Shown here piece by piece: positions 19,447 to 29,976 of a stretch of 64,000 bases of DNA. Each line of letters starts with the position of its first letter. The stretch's first letter is position 1. The notes below the pieces were generated by a model. It had not been told where the DNA came from and did not search any database. It saw only the letters and a program-made list of their open reading frames with translations. The stretch spans positions 1 to 64,000 of the forward strand of contig JBBAPZ010000005.1 in NCBI GenBank assembly GCA_040400605.1, read 5' to 3'. This DNA is from Candidatus Sericytochromatia bacterium (lineage in GTDB: Bacteria > Cyanobacteriota > Sericytochromatia > S15B-MN24 > JAQBPE01). Made by a program: the position numbers and the translations under genes.

Positions 19447-19690
19447 CCTCTTGACGCACACTTAAACGGCCTTTCGACAGCACGCGGCAAAAAATCCTGA
19501 AAACCAAGTTGTAGCTTGAACAATAAGAAATCTTTGACCCATGAATCGACCTGAAGCAGTTTGCAAGCAAGGTGCACTGAAACAGGCTGCCAAAGGTTGT
19601 TTCAAGAACTTTTTGATTTTATGACGTGTCAAGCAAGCACCATCACCGTGGCTCAATTACGTGTCGCTTTGGTGACGAGTTTAGTCTGCG

Positions 19691-21646
19691 TCAATCCTCG
19701 TTGACGCGTAAACGGGCCAGAATGCTGTAATCCTCCAAAGAAGTGGTATCGCCGACAGTTTCTTTACCCGCCGCAATATCGCGCAACAAACGCCGCATGA
19801 TTTTTCCGCTGCGGGTTTTGGGCAAGGCGTCCGTAAAACGGATGTCGTCTGGTCGTGCGAGGGCCCCAATTTCGTGGGTCACGTGTGCTTTTAGCTCATG
19901 TTTTAGCGCGTGGGACGCCTCGTAGCCGGGACCTAGTGTGACGAAGGCTGCGATCGCCTGACCTTTGATCGCATCAGGGCGGCCAACAACGGCAGCTTCC
20001 ACCACGGCAGGGTGGCTGACCAGCGCGCTCTCGATTTCCATCGTGCCAAGACGGTGGCCGGATACGTTTATCACATCATCCACACGGCCCATAATCCAAA
20101 AATTGCCCGCCGCGTCCTGGTAAGCACCGTCGCCTGTGAAATACATCCCGTCAATTTCTTTCCAGTAGGTGTTAACGTAGCGCTCAGGGTCGCGGTACAG
20201 TGTCCGCAGCATGCCTGGCCACGGCTGACGCACGACCAAAAAACCACCTTGTCCCCGAGGCAGTTCGTCACCGTGCTTGTTCACCACCGCGACATCAATG
20301 CCTGGTAACGGTTGGGTCGCCGTACCCGGTTTGGTGGGTGTCGCGCCTGGAAACGGTGCAATCATGATGCCCCCGGTTTCGGTTTGCCACCACGTATCAA
20401 CGATCGGACAAACCGATTGACCGATAATTGTGTGATACCACATCCACGCTTCCGGATTGATGGGTTCTCCCACTGTCCCCAGTAAACGCAGGCTGCTGCG
20501 GTCATGCTTTGTGACCCAATCATCGCCCCACTTCATGAAACTGCGGATCGCCGTGGGCGCCGTGTAGAAAATAGTGACACCGTATTTTTCGATGATGCGC
20601 CAGAATCGGTCCGGCTGCGGATGGTTGGGAGCGCCTTCGTACATGACCGTAGTTGCGCCATTGGATAACGGGCCGTAGATGACATAGCTGTGCCCGGTCA
20701 CCCAACCGGCGTCAGCGGTGCACCAATAGGTGTCAGTATCCTTGATGTCAAAAATCCACTGAACAGTCTGTGTGGCGTGCAGGAGGTATCCGCCCGTGGT
20801 GTGCAAAATGCCTTTGGGTTTGCCGGTTGAGCCGGATGTGTAGAGAATGAACAAGGGATGTTCGGCGTCAAGCGGTATCGCATCGCAGTGTGCCGGTACG
20901 GTTGCCGTGAGGTCATGCCAGTAGTGGTCACGACCACCTTGCATGGGGACCGCGCAGCCGGTCCGCCGCAAAACGACCACGTGATCGACGCGCGGGGTGC
21001 CTTTCAGCGCCTCGTCCACGGTTGCTTTGAGCGGTACGATCGCACCTTTGCGGTATCCTCCATCGGCGGTAACAATGACGCGTGCTTCCGCATCATTCAC
21101 GCGATCTTTGATCGCTTCGGCTGAAAATCCCCCAAAAATCACGCTATGGGTGGCGCCGATTCGTGCACAGGCCAACATGGCGATAGCCAGTTCGGGCACC
21201 ATGGGCATATAAATGACCACGCGATCACCACTGTTGACACCCAGGCTTTTTAACACGTTCGCAAAGCGCATCACGTCACGATGCAAATCCTGGTACGTCA
21301 ATGTTCGGGTATCACCCGGTTCACCCTCCCAAATGATGGCCGCTTTGTTTTTGCGCCAGCTTTTTACGTGGCGATCCAGACAATTGGTGCTGACGTTGAG
21401 CTTGCCATTCAAAAACCACTTGGCGAAGGGTGCGTTCGACCAGTCCAGTACCTTCTCCCAAGGCGCGTCCCACTGAAGCAACGCCTCAGCCCGTTGTGCC
21501 CAGAATGCTTCCGGGTCGCGGCTGGCAGCGTCTCGCAACGCGTCGTAAGATGCCATATCCTGAATGTGCGCTTGCGCACGGAAGGCGGGCGGTGGCTCGA
21601 ACGAACGGGTTTCGGTCAACAGGCTTTGAATGTCAGTGCTGTTCAT
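19691..21646 (-). CDS. acs: Acetyl-CoA synthetase
   Basis: [31 protein letters not shown]. Confidence 0.98.
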   Translation of the reverse strand: MNSTDIQSLLTETRSFEPPPAFRAQAHIQDMASYDALRDAASRDPEAFWAQRAEALLQWDAPWEKVLDWSNAPFAKWFLNGKLNVSTNCLDRHVKSWRKNKAAIIWEGEPGDTRTLTYQDLHRDVMRFANVLKSLGVNSGDRVVIYMPMVPELAIAMLACARIGATHSVIFGGFSAEAIKDRVNDAEARVIVTADGGYRKGAIVPLKATVDEALKGTPRVDHVVVLRRTGCAVPMQGGRDHYWHDLTATVPAHCDAIPLDAEHPLFILYTSGSTGKPKGILHTTGGYLLHATQTVQWIFDIKDTDTYWCTADAGWVTGHSYVIYGPLSNGATTVMYEGAPNHPQPDRFWRIIEKYGVTIFYTAPTAIRSFMKWGDDWVTKHDRSSLRLLGTVGEPINPEAWMWYHTIIGQSVCPIVDTWWQTETGGIMIAPFPGATPTKPGTATQPLPGIDVAVVNKHGDELPRGQGGFLVVRQPWPGMLRTLYRDPERYVNTYWKEIDGMYFTGDGAYQDAAGNFWIMGRVDDVINVSGHRLGTMEIESALVSHPAVVEAAVVGRPDAIKGQAIAAFVTLGPGYEASHALKHELKAHVTHEIGALARPDDIRFTDALPKTRSGKIMRRLLRDIAAGKETVGDTTSLEDYSILARLRVNED

Positions 21647-23043
21647 CAGGCCTCCACCGCCAGCGCGGCACGCTTTTGTTCCGCTTCCTCGACCGGTTCC
21701 AGCCAGATTTCAGACAAGGTCGGATGCAGGTGCGGAATTCCCAAAAAGTCTTTCAAGGTGGCTTTAAAATGCATGGCAACAATCATTTCATGAATGAGAT
21801 CAGCCCCTTCCGCACCCACCACCGTGGCTCCCAGTATCTCACCCGTCGCGGCGTGCGCCACGACTTTGACAAACCCCTTGGTGAGGTTTGCAACCAGTGC
21901 TTTCCCCTGATCGTTAAACGGATAATGTCCGACGACATGCGGTATGCCCTGTTCTTGGCAACTTCGTTCGTTGAGTCCCACACGAGCGATGTTGGGGTCA
22001 CAGAAGATGGCCCAAGCTAACGTGCGCGTTTCAGGGGGCGTCCCGGGCAGCCCAAGTGCGTGACGCGCGGCGTGGATGCCTTCTTGGATGGCAACGTGCA
22101 CGATGTTATGCCGACCTGCGGCATCGCCTGCGGCATAGATATGGGATTGGTGCGTTTGACCGTGTTGGTTTGTAGCGAGACGGCCATCCGACGTGCTCAG
22201 ATTCGCTGCGGACAGGTTGAGTTCGTCCAGATTTGGTGCTCGGCCCGTCGCGACCAAAATCTCACTGGCTTCAAGGATTTGCTCACCGGTGTCGGTCATA
22301 ACTCGCAGCTGTTTTTGTGTTCCGTTCAGGCGTGCATCCTGAATCCGGGCATTGGGCACAAAACGGATGCCCTCCGCTTGCAAGTAACCTTGTATCGCCT
22401 CCGATACGTCAGGGTCTTCCTGGCCCAAGGGGCGATCGCACCGCAACACCATGGTCACGCTCGTACCGAGTCGTGCATAAAACTGACCCAACTCCAGCGC
22501 AATCACGCCGCCACCAATCACCACCATCGACTCTGGAACGGCCCCAAGACTGAGGGCCTGATCACTCGTGATAAATCCCGCTTCCTTAAGACCTGTAATC
22601 GGCGGGATGCTGGGTTTTGAACCGGTTGCAACCAGGAATTTTTCCGCGCGCAGGGTCTCCTCGCCCACTTTCACCGTGTGCGGGTCGATAAAATGACCGG
22701 CTCCTTCAATGTATCGAAAGCCCTCTTGCTTCAGTATCGCGTCACGGCGATAGCCAGCGAAATCGTCCACCCAGTGTGACTTGCGCGCCATAATTTGCTT
22801 GAAATCATAACGAATGTTATCCGCATACACCCCCACCTCGGGCGCGTGACGAAGCGTGTGCAAAACGTCTCCAGAGCGCAGCAATGCCTTGCTTGGCATA
22901 CAACCTTTGAGAATACAGAGGCCCCCGAGAGGACCCGGGTCGACCAATGCAACCCGAGCACCCGCTTGCGCAGCGGTTCTAGCCGCCCAAAACCCTGCAC
23001 TGCCTGCCCCCAGGATGAGTAAATCGTAATCCGGTCGCTGCAT
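21646..23043 (-). CDS. Pyridine nucleotide-disulfide oxidoreductase (dihydrolipoamide dehydrogenase/MerA-like)
   Basis: [25 protein letters not shown]; no C-terminal CC of MerA. Confidence 0.88.
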   Translation of the reverse strand: MQRPDYDLLILGAGSAGFWAARTAAQAGARVALVDPGPLGGLCILKGCMPSKALLRSGDVLHTLRHAPEVGVYADNIRYDFKQIMARKSHWVDDFAGYRRDAILKQEGFRYIEGAGHFIDPHTVKVGEETLRAEKFLVATGSKPSIPPITGLKEAGFITSDQALSLGAVPESMVVIGGGVIALELGQFYARLGTSVTMVLRCDRPLGQEDPDVSEAIQGYLQAEGIRFVPNARIQDARLNGTQKQLRVMTDTGEQILEASEILVATGRAPNLDELNLSAANLSTSDGRLATNQHGQTHQSHIYAAGDAAGRHNIVHVAIQEGIHAARHALGLPGTPPETRTLAWAIFCDPNIARVGLNERSCQEQGIPHVVGHYPFNDQGKALVANLTKGFVKVVAHAATGEILGATVVGAEGADLIHEMIVAMHFKATLKDFLGIPHLHPTLSEIWLEPVEEAEQKRAALAVEA

Positions 23044-23063
23044 GGTGGTGAGATTCCTTACCT

Positions 23064-23957
23064 TTAAAACGTTTCTTGCTCGGTATCCCCGGGTCGACGG
23101 AGCTGCCCCCAGTTGAGCTTGGTGTGCAGCCGCGCGAAAAAGTCGATTCCTGACAATTTGACCATATATGTGATCGTGTCCGCACGCGTGAAGTGGAGGC
23201 GATCGCCCTTGCGCACGTGAAAGTCAATTTGCCCATCCGCAGCCAGTAACAGGTCATGATCAGCCGGCCCTTTGACATCGACAACGATTTCGGCGTTATG
23301 GTCAACCACGATGGGACGAGCTGCCAGCGTATGCGGACAAATAGGCGCGATAATCGAAACAGGTAAATCGGGTGTCAACAAAGGACCTCCTGCTGACAGA
23401 GCGTAGGCGGTTGATCCGGTCGGCGTCGCGATAATAAGACCGTCAGCATCATAGGTTGTTACATAATGATCATTCACATACGTCGCCAATTCAACCAGTC
23501 GTGCGAAGGCGCCCTTGGACAGCACACCGTCGTTCAATGCGGTCGTGTCCCCGAGCAACTCTGAACCACGGTATGCCCTGATGCGCATCCGATTGCGGGG
23601 TTCCATGCTAAAAGCGCCCGTTGCGATGCGCGCAAAAGCCTCGGGAAGGTCCCCAAAAGCCACTTCCGACAGAAATCCCAAACGTCCCATGTCGACACCC
23701 AACAACGGTATGCTGCGGAGGCAGTGGCTGGCAAGACGCGCAGCCGCCAAAAACGTGCCATCTCCACCCAGTACGACAATCAGGTCACTTTGAGGATTCA
23801 AAGGTTCGTTCATCCCACGTGCGTTGATGAAGTCCGCCTGCCACCCCATCATCGCGATCCAGCCACGCAACGTGTCGAGGCGACTCGGCATATCTGGTTT
23901 GTTCGGTGCGTAAACTACGGTCAACCAACGCAGTGGACGCTCAAGCATCGCACACAC
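23064..23957 (-). CDS. nadK: NAD(+) kinase
   Basis: LGGDGT, GRLGFL, ALND, TPTGSTAY.LSAGGP. Confidence 0.96.
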   Translation of the reverse strand: MCAMLERPLRWLTVVYAPNKPDMPSRLDTLRGWIAMMGWQADFINARGMNEPLNPQSDLIVVLGGDGTFLAAARLASHCLRSIPLLGVDMGRLGFLSEVAFGDLPEAFARIATGAFSMEPRNRMRIRAYRGSELLGDTTALNDGVLSKGAFARLVELATYVNDHYVTTYDADGLIIATPTGSTAYALSAGGPLLTPDLPVSIIAPICPHTLAARPIVVDHNAEIVVDVKGPADHDLLLAADGQIDFHVRKGDRLHFTRADTITYMVKLSGIDFFARLHTKLNWGQLRRPGDTEQETF

Positions 23958-24786
23958 TCACACAGCGATTCAAGTACCGATGGGCATCATCCACCACGTC
24001 TGAAATCAATGCCTCCGAGTCACCTGTCATCGCCAGGGGACACCAGTGCGCCAGAAACTCGATGTTGCCCTCTGGACCCTTGATTGGCGAATAGGTGAGG
24101 TTTTTGAGAGACCATCCGAGCGCTTGCGCCGATTCCACAACTTGTCGAATCGCTTGTGCGTGCAGGCCGCGATCTCGAACAATCCCACGATCGGTTGCGC
24201 TTTTTCCCACCTCAAATTGCGGTTTGATGAGCGTAATGGCTTCTCCGTGAGGCGCAAGACAAGCCACGAGGGCTGGCAGAACTTTTGACAGTGAAATGAA
24301 CGAAAGGTCGGCCACAATCAAGTCAGGAAGATAGGGCAGCACACCAGGCGTCAGGTGGCGAATGTTGGTTCTTTCCTGGACCGTGACCCGCTCATCCGTT
24401 CGCAATGCCCACGCGAGTTGCCCGTAGCCAACATCCACCGCAACAACGTGCGTCGCGCCGCCACGCAGCAATACATCCGTAAAACCGCCTGTTGACGCGC
24501 CGGCATCCAATGCCAGGCGCTGCTGCGGGCTGACTTGAAAGCATGTCAGGGCCTTTTCAAGCTTGAGGCCGCCTCGACTCACGTAAGGGTGCAATTCCCC
24601 AGCCACGCTCAGCAACGCATCATGGCGCACCAAGGTACCGGCCTTCAGCATAATATCGCCGTTCACACGTACCAAGCCTGCCATGATGGCGCGTTGCGCA
24701 CGCTCTCTGGAAGGAAACTCACCGCGCGTGACCAGCAACTGGTCGAGTCGTTGTTTCAAAGATTGTTCACTGCCCATCGCTACCAT
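23941..24786 (-). CDS. tlyA: TlyA-family rRNA 2'-O-methyltransferase
   Basis: S4 domain RLD, YVSRGG.KL, ASTGGFTD, KPQFE, GNIEFL. Confidence 0.95.
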   Translation of the reverse strand: MVAMGSEQSLKQRLDQLLVTRGEFPSRERAQRAIMAGLVRVNGDIMLKAGTLVRHDALLSVAGELHPYVSRGGLKLEKALTCFQVSPQQRLALDAGASTGGFTDVLLRGGATHVVAVDVGYGQLAWALRTDERVTVQERTNIRHLTPGVLPYLPDLIVADLSFISLSKVLPALVACLAPHGEAITLIKPQFEVGKSATDRGIVRDRGLHAQAIRQVVESAQALGWSLKNLTYSPIKGPEGNIEFLAHWCPLAMTGDSEALISDVVDDAHRYLNRCVSVCDA

Positions 24787-25241
24787 CCGTAATGGGTCAA
24801 CCAGGCCACCATCACCCCGTAGAGTGCACCGCCCACCACTTCCAGGCGGGTGTGCCCCAACAGTTCTTTCAAACGTTCTTCACGGAAACGCAAGGTTGTG
24901 GTCAGTTCATCCACAATCTTGTTCAAAACGGCGGCTTGGCGACCCGCTGCTTGCCGCAACCCGGTGGCGTCATACATCACGATGACGGCGTAAACCAGTG
25001 AGACGTCAAATAAAGGTGAGTGTAAACCTTCGGTGAGTGCGATACTGGTGGTGACGCTGACCACCAGTGCCGTGTGACTGCTTGGCATTCCCCCTGTGTT
25101 TATAGCAACCTTAAAGTTGATTTTGCGTTCGCGGGCCAGATTGGTCAGGGTTTTGAGCCCTTGGGCCGTGAAGAGCGCGAGCGCGCCCGCAAGCAACGGT
25201 TCATGGCCGATGCCAAGCAAATTAGGCAAATAACCGGTCAC
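24780..25241 (-). CDS. Divergent PAP2 family protein (DUF212)
   Basis: GGMPSSH, VMYDA.G.R, LKELLGHT. Confidence 0.93.
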   Translation of the reverse strand: MTGYLPNLLGIGHEPLLAGALALFTAQGLKTLTNLARERKINFKVAINTGGMPSSHTALVVSVTTSIALTEGLHSPLFDVSLVYAVIVMYDATGLRQAAGRQAAVLNKIVDELTTTLRFREERLKELLGHTRLEVVGGALYGVMVAWLTHYGW

Positions 25242-26161
25242 TGGGCGACCTGTTGGTGGATGAAGCGGGCGATCGCACGCAGTGGCTCGGCATCCACGCC
25301 AAAAGATATAAGGGCTTTATCCGCCTGATCGGTGGCGTCTGCCAATGCCGTGCGCGCCCCTTCAATGCCGTACGCACTCACAAAAGTGGCTTTGTTCGCG
25401 TTCTGGTCCTTCCCCGGGGTTTTTCCCAAAGTGCCAGCGGTTGCGACGGTATCGAGAATGTCATCGGCGACCTGAAACGCGAGGCCGATGCTGTCTGCGT
25501 AGTTATCCAAGGCTGCGCGCTGGGCAGCGTCTGCAGAACCTAACAAGGCACCAATCCGTACCGCCGCTTTGATCAATGCCCCAGTCTTGTGCGTGTGAAT
25601 GTAACGGACCAAGTCGGGTGTGGGGGCCAGTCCCTCGGATGCCATATCCACGACTTGGCCAGGAACCATGCCAAGCGCCGTCGCTTGTGCCAACTCTTCC
25701 ACCACGGCCAGTCCGCAGGCCGGATTTGCCCGCAATTGGCCGTCACGCGCCAGCACCACAAAGGCATATGCCAGCATGGCGTCACCTGCCAAAATGGCTT
25801 GGGCTTCACCAAAAACCTTATGATTCGTCGGCTTCCCGCGTCTGAGATCATCATTGTCCATCGCAGGTAAATCATCGTGAATCAGCGACTGGGTGTGGAT
25901 CAGTTCAACCGCACAACCGCCAATCAAACCCCGGTGCGGGTCTTTGCCAAGCGCTTCCAAAGTGGCCAGCGTCAGCAGTGGACGAAGCCGCTTGCCGCCT
26001 GCGTTGAGGCTGTACCGCACGCTCTCCCACAAGCGTTCCGGTGCCTGCACAGGGGTTAGGTCAAGTAGGGTCTTGTCAATCACCGAGCGCCACTGCTGCC
26101 AGTAGGTCTCCAGATCAAAGGTTTTGACGCTTTGGCGCATGACAACTCCTGTCAATGTCAC
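25238..26161 (-). CDS. crtE: Polyprenyl (geranylgeranyl) diphosphate synthase
   Basis: GGKRLRP, HDDLPAMDNDDLRRG, FQVADD, GKTPGKD. Confidence 0.9.
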   Translation of the reverse strand: MTLTGVVMRQSVKTFDLETYWQQWRSVIDKTLLDLTPVQAPERLWESVRYSLNAGGKRLRPLLTLATLEALGKDPHRGLIGGCAVELIHTQSLIHDDLPAMDNDDLRRGKPTNHKVFGEAQAILAGDAMLAYAFVVLARDGQLRANPACGLAVVEELAQATALGMVPGQVVDMASEGLAPTPDLVRYIHTHKTGALIKAAVRIGALLGSADAAQRAALDNYADSIGLAFQVADDILDTVATAGTLGKTPGKDQNANKATFVSAYGIEGARTALADATDQADKALISFGVDAEPLRAIARFIHQQVAQ

Positions 26162-26392
26162 TTCCTGATGACATATTATGGCCTCAGCAGGCTGTAAAAT
26201 CCAGCGTGCACGGTTATGCTCCCAAGGCTGTAATGGTGATCACGGCGAGTCTTGGGTCCTGCTGTTAAAACGACCACGGTAAATGGGTCAATTGATAGTC
26301 AGACCAAGGCATTGATTCGGTGACGGTTGGGTGCGATCGCAATCGGCCCGCAGCAGTCGTCCGGATTAGGTGCCAAATGATGAGAATGAGAA

Positions 26393-28141
26393 TTGGAGGT
26401 AACCGTGCGTTTTTTTAAACAATCCGCAACAGTGCTGGCCGTGACGGCCATGTGGATGGGAGCGGGCAGTGCGTGGGCTCAGATGGCGCCGAATGCACCT
26501 GTCTCGGATGGGGTTCGCGGCTTGAGTGATGTGCCCGCTAAGCACTGGGCTGCTCAATCTATCCGGACCTTGCAGGAAAAGTACGATGTGATGTTGGGGT
26601 TTTCTGATCGTACGTTCCGGGGATCGAAAACGATGACGCGGTACGAACTGGCAGCAGCCTTGGCCAAACTGTTGACACGCATCGAAGAACGGATAGCGAT
26701 CGCAACGGGTGCGCCAGTCGATGTGAGCGGTGATGTCAGTGTTGATGACTTGCGCACGATCGCCAAGTTGCAACGAGAATTTCGCGAAGAACTCGATGCC
26801 TTGAAAATTCGGACGGATGGCATCGACGCGCGGATCGCTACCCTTGAAAAACGGGTGCGCATTTCAGGCGTTCACCGCGTTGATTACCGCGACTTTTTGG
26901 CGGATCCTCCTGGCAACACCTTGACCAACGCTTTGACGGGCGACGTCCGATGGCGCAATTCGCTTAACTTTGACGCGGAACTTGGCGATGACCTCAGCGC
27001 CACCGGTACGCTCAACATTGACATTTACAGCCCGCAATCGGCGGCCAACGCCTTTTTGAGAGGCGTGAACCCGGCAGCGCCTGTAACCGATGTCTATGCC
27101 GTGAAGTCTTTGCTGACCTACAACCCCGGTTGGATGCAATATGCCGTGGGTATGGGCGCCATGCGGCAACATCTGGACTTGGGCTCGGGCGTGACGGATC
27201 CCTTCAAACGCCAGTTGTGGCAAAACGGCAGTGGCGGCTATGGCTTTGTTGGTACGCCGGCACTCAGGCGCGACGGTTCATTCGCCCTGAGTGGCGGTAA
27301 TGCCGGTGCACCGTTGTGGTTGCCCGGTACCAACGTGATTGAAGACGTGCTGGATCCCAACAATTCGTCGTTGCTCGCACCGCATGGCAACTGGCTGACA
27401 GCGTCACGTTTCGCGCTCGGGCCAATCAATGTGGGCCTTGGTTATCATCGGGGCGCCTTGGCCGGCTTCGGTCTCTTTGGCGGTATCGCGGGGCTTGGTG
27501 ATTCCTTGCCAGCGATGCAGATGTGGAACACCGATGGTCAGGCGATCGCAACCCTCGGCTTCAACCTTGCCGGTGCGCGCTTCAATGTCCTCGCCAACTC
27601 GCCGGGCGCAAGCGTTGGGGACACGCAGCGCAACGACAAAACCTTTGGTGCCTCGCTGGATCTTGGCAACGACGCACTGAATCTCTCGGCCGAGGTGCTG
27701 GGCACCGGAAGCTGGGGCGCACGGGACTTCGCGGCGTCCAAGGGATCATTGCGTTTGGGATCATCGGACATCTTTGGCACCGGAATCGGTCTCTCAGCCG
27801 GTATGGTATCCGGTAGCCTGAATGGCAGTCGCAACAACTTGTTGATTGGCGGCGCGGATTACACATCACTTGGTCTGGTCATGAAAACACCTGCCTTGAT
27901 GATGCTCCCATCCGTTACGGTTGCGGCCCAGAACACCGGTCGCGGCTTGGCATTGGCCGGTGTCAACGGCGCCATCAGTTCCGGTATCAGCGTCAGCACG
28001 GATGTGCGGCTCTTTGGTTTGCCTGCGATCAACCTGGAATACTCGCGTGCCAAGTTTGGCGCCACCGGTGACCAGAGCCTCTGGGGACCGGCTGGCTTCA
28101 GCCACGATCAATTGGCACTTGGCAGCACCGTCAAGTTCTGA
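26393..28141 (+). CDS. SLH-domain outer-membrane porin (OmpM/SomA-like)
   Basis: Signal peptide, SLH (SDVPAKHWA...TRYELAA), coiled coil LQREFREEL, beta-rich C-terminus ending in Phe. Confidence 0.85.
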   Translation: MEVTVRFFKQSATVLAVTAMWMGAGSAWAQMAPNAPVSDGVRGLSDVPAKHWAAQSIRTLQEKYDVMLGFSDRTFRGSKTMTRYELAAALAKLLTRIEERIAIATGAPVDVSGDVSVDDLRTIAKLQREFREELDALKIRTDGIDARIATLEKRVRISGVHRVDYRDFLADPPGNTLTNALTGDVRWRNSLNFDAELGDDLSATGTLNIDIYSPQSAANAFLRGVNPAAPVTDVYAVKSLLTYNPGWMQYAVGMGAMRQHLDLGSGVTDPFKRQLWQNGSGGYGFVGTPALRRDGSFALSGGNAGAPLWLPGTNVIEDVLDPNNSSLLAPHGNWLTASRFALGPINVGLGYHRGALAGFGLFGGIAGLGDSLPAMQMWNTDGQAIATLGFNLAGARFNVLANSPGASVGDTQRNDKTFGASLDLGNDALNLSAEVLGTGSWGARDFAASKGSLRLGSSDIFGTGIGLSAGMVSGSLNGSRNNLLIGGADYTSLGLVMKTPALMMLPSVTVAAQNTGRGLALAGVNGAISSGISVSTDVRLFGLPAINLEYSRAKFGATGDQSLWGPAGFSHDQLALGSTVKF

Positions 28142-28164
28142 TGAGTCAATAACACCACCAAATG

Positions 28165-28196
28165 AGGCCGCCCCGGATAAGGGGCGGCCTTTTGTC
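28165..28196 (+). terminator. Intrinsic terminator after the porin
   Basis: aggccgcccc-ggataa-ggggcggcct followed by tttgtc. Confidence 0.85.
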
Positions 28197-28265
28197 TTGC
28201 GCTCGCGTTCAGCCAGCGCATTGAATAACTGGCGTGTGCTTGTTTCCAGTCACTGATTGCCAGAG

Positions 28266-28280
28266 TTAATCTTAATTTAA
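28266..28280. promoter_or_regulatory. TTAA-N7-TTAA box
   Basis: TTAA-tcttaat-TTAA in an AT-rich region upstream of 28379. Confidence 0.45.
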
Positions 28281-28378
28281 TTTAGAACGTGACTAAATGT
28301 AACTTGTTTGTAATCTTTGAACACGATGAGTTGGTTAGTGAGTCGAGTGTTGTCCAAAACCGCCTGAAAGGAATCGTG

Positions 28379-28747
28379 ATGATGACGCAACCAGGAACTT
28401 TGCTTGCAAAACCCTTGTCTGGTCAGCCGGCCGAAAGACTTCGAGCCAACTCGTTGCCGGCAAAAAATGTTGAGGCTGCGTCGACACCTGTCAGTACATC
28501 CAAGGATCAGTTGAGGGTCAGTCATTCATCTGCGAACGACGGCGCACCGAAGCGTGAGTCAACGACCAATTCGTTGTCAGTGCTGGGGACACGGTCGTTG
28601 TTTTCGGGCTTTGGGGCATTCATTGGCGCATTCATACTTGCTAAACTGGGTCCTGGAACCGGCATCGCGGCGACTGTCGGTGCGATTCTTGGTTGGACAA
28701 GCGCGGATTGGGGTCGCTTACCGAGCGCAAAAAGTACAACGAACTAG
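28379..28747 (+). CDS. Small hypothetical protein with a C-terminal Gly-rich hydrophobic hairpin
   Basis: AAAGGAA RBS before ATG; disordered N-half; GFGAFIGA...GAILGW. Confidence 0.6.
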   Translation: MMTQPGTLLAKPLSGQPAERLRANSLPAKNVEAASTPVSTSKDQLRVSHSSANDGAPKRESTTNSLSVLGTRSLFSGFGAFIGAFILAKLGPGTGIAATVGAILGWTSADWGRLPSAKSTTN

Positions 28748-28820
28748 ATGTCACCAGGTTCGCACGGTGATGGGTGCAACCATATAGCGGGGAGCCACTG
28801 CAACGCCCAACCGCCTTTTT

Positions 28821-28920
28821 TAATGCGGAAACGCGTTGAGTTCTGATCGAATTTTGGCTGTGATTCGATCACAACGAGTCATTGCTTCACGTTTCAATCT
28901 TGCTGCTCAAGTTTTGAACA
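28821..28920 (+). repeat. Degenerate ~100-bp intergenic repeat, reference copy
   Basis: 68/100 ungapped identity to 35491-35590; internal 9-bp perfect stem tgatcgaat/attcgatca. Confidence 0.75.
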
Positions 28921-28954
28921 AAAACCGACGCATCACTGTGCAGTGATGCGTCGG
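28917..28954 (-). terminator. Intrinsic terminator downstream of smpB
   Basis: Perfect inverted repeat ccgacgcatcactg/cagtgatgcgtcgg followed by TTTTTGTT on the minus strand. Confidence 0.85.
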
Positions 28955-29103
28955 CTCACTTTACCCCCATTCATTAACCAGAAGCAACCACCATCATTGG
29001 GACGAGTGCATTACCAGCCCTCGTCTCTGATCCATTTCCCGGTGCCGGTCCGTGCGTGAAACGAAGACACCGTCTCTCGGCACGGTGTGCGCGCGACGGA
29101 ACA

Positions 29104-29601
29104 TCAGCGGTGCCGCTCTTTCAGGGTTCGTTGCACATCCCGTGCGACGTCTTTTTTCGCGATGGCGTCCCGCTTGTCATGTAACTGTTTGCCTTTGGCC
29201 AGTCCGATTTCGATCTTGGCCCAGTCACCCTTCCAAAACAGCTTCAAGGGAATCAAAGTCAACCCTTTTTCTTTTGTTTTTCCCAACAAACGTGAAATTT
29301 CCTGCTTTTTAAGCAACACTTTCCGCTTGCGCATGGGGTCCACATTGTAAATGTTGCCGTGCGAATAAGGGGCAATGTGCATCTTGTGCACATAAACCTC
29401 GCCATCTTCAATGCGAATGAAAGCGTCAGCCATCTGAACGCCACCGCTACGCAATGACTTGACTTCGGTACCCGTCAAGACCAAGCCGCCATCAAAGCGT
29501 TCAAGAATGAAATACTCGTGGAAGGCTCGCCGATTGTCCGCGATGTGGCGAACGCGTTGCCCGCCAGCCTGTTGTTGCGGTTTGGACTTTGATTGGGCCA
29601 T
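29104..29601 (-). CDS. smpB: SsrA-binding protein SmpB
   Basis: NRRAFHEY, LTGTEVKSLR, RKRKVLL, GKQLHDKR; ATG 29601 after GGAGG. Confidence 0.97.
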   Translation of the reverse strand: MAQSKSKPQQQAGGQRVRHIADNRRAFHEYFILERFDGGLVLTGTEVKSLRSGGVQMADAFIRIEDGEVYVHKMHIAPYSHGNIYNVDPMRKRKVLLKKQEISRLLGKTKEKGLTLIPLKLFWKGDWAKIEIGLAKGKQLHDKRDAIAKKDVARDVQRTLKERHR

Positions 29602-29629
29602 CACGCCTCCGCAGCGTTGCACGCTTAGC

Positions 29630-29658
29630 AAAAAAGCCTTCTTCTACAGAAGGCTTTT
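29630..29658 (-). terminator. Terminator hairpin between tRNA-Gln and smpB
   Basis: aaaagccttct-tctac-agaaggctttt with a T-run on either strand. Confidence 0.75.
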
Positions 29659-29666
29659 GCGACTAG

Positions 29667-29738
29667 CTGGGGCGCTAGGATTCGAACCTAGGAATGCCGA
29701 TACCAAAAACCGGTGCCTTACCACTTGGCGACGCCCCA
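29667..29738 (-). tRNA. trnQ: tRNA-Gln (anticodon TTG); CCA not encoded
   Basis: Reverse complement TGGGGCGTCGCCAAGTGGTAAGGCACCGGTTTTTGGTATCGGCATTCCTAGGTTCGAATCCTAGCGCCCCAG folds as a cloverleaf with a GTTCGAA T-loop. Confidence 0.97.
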
Positions 29739-29976
29739 AAACCTGAATAGATTTCTAACACGCGTCGAATTCAGATGTCAAGGACGGTTGGTGTCGTGGG
29801 TGAATGCAACTGAAGGCGCTCGTTTCCGCAACCAGCCAAGGATTGTTTGATTGGCCATTAACGTGTTCGTTAACGAACGGCGAGACTTGAAATGCCCCAC
29901 TGGTTCCGGCACCATGGTCTTAGCGGGTCTGGAGCGCTTCAGACGCCTGATCGGGGTTCGGGAAAGGACCGGAATC

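Noticed and set aside
21646..23043. Mercuric reductase MerA
   Set aside because: No C-terminal Cys-Cys, NmerA domain or mer genes
28748..29103. tmRNA (ssrA) next to smpB
   Set aside because: No GGGG 5' end, T-arm/CCA 3' end or tag reading frame found
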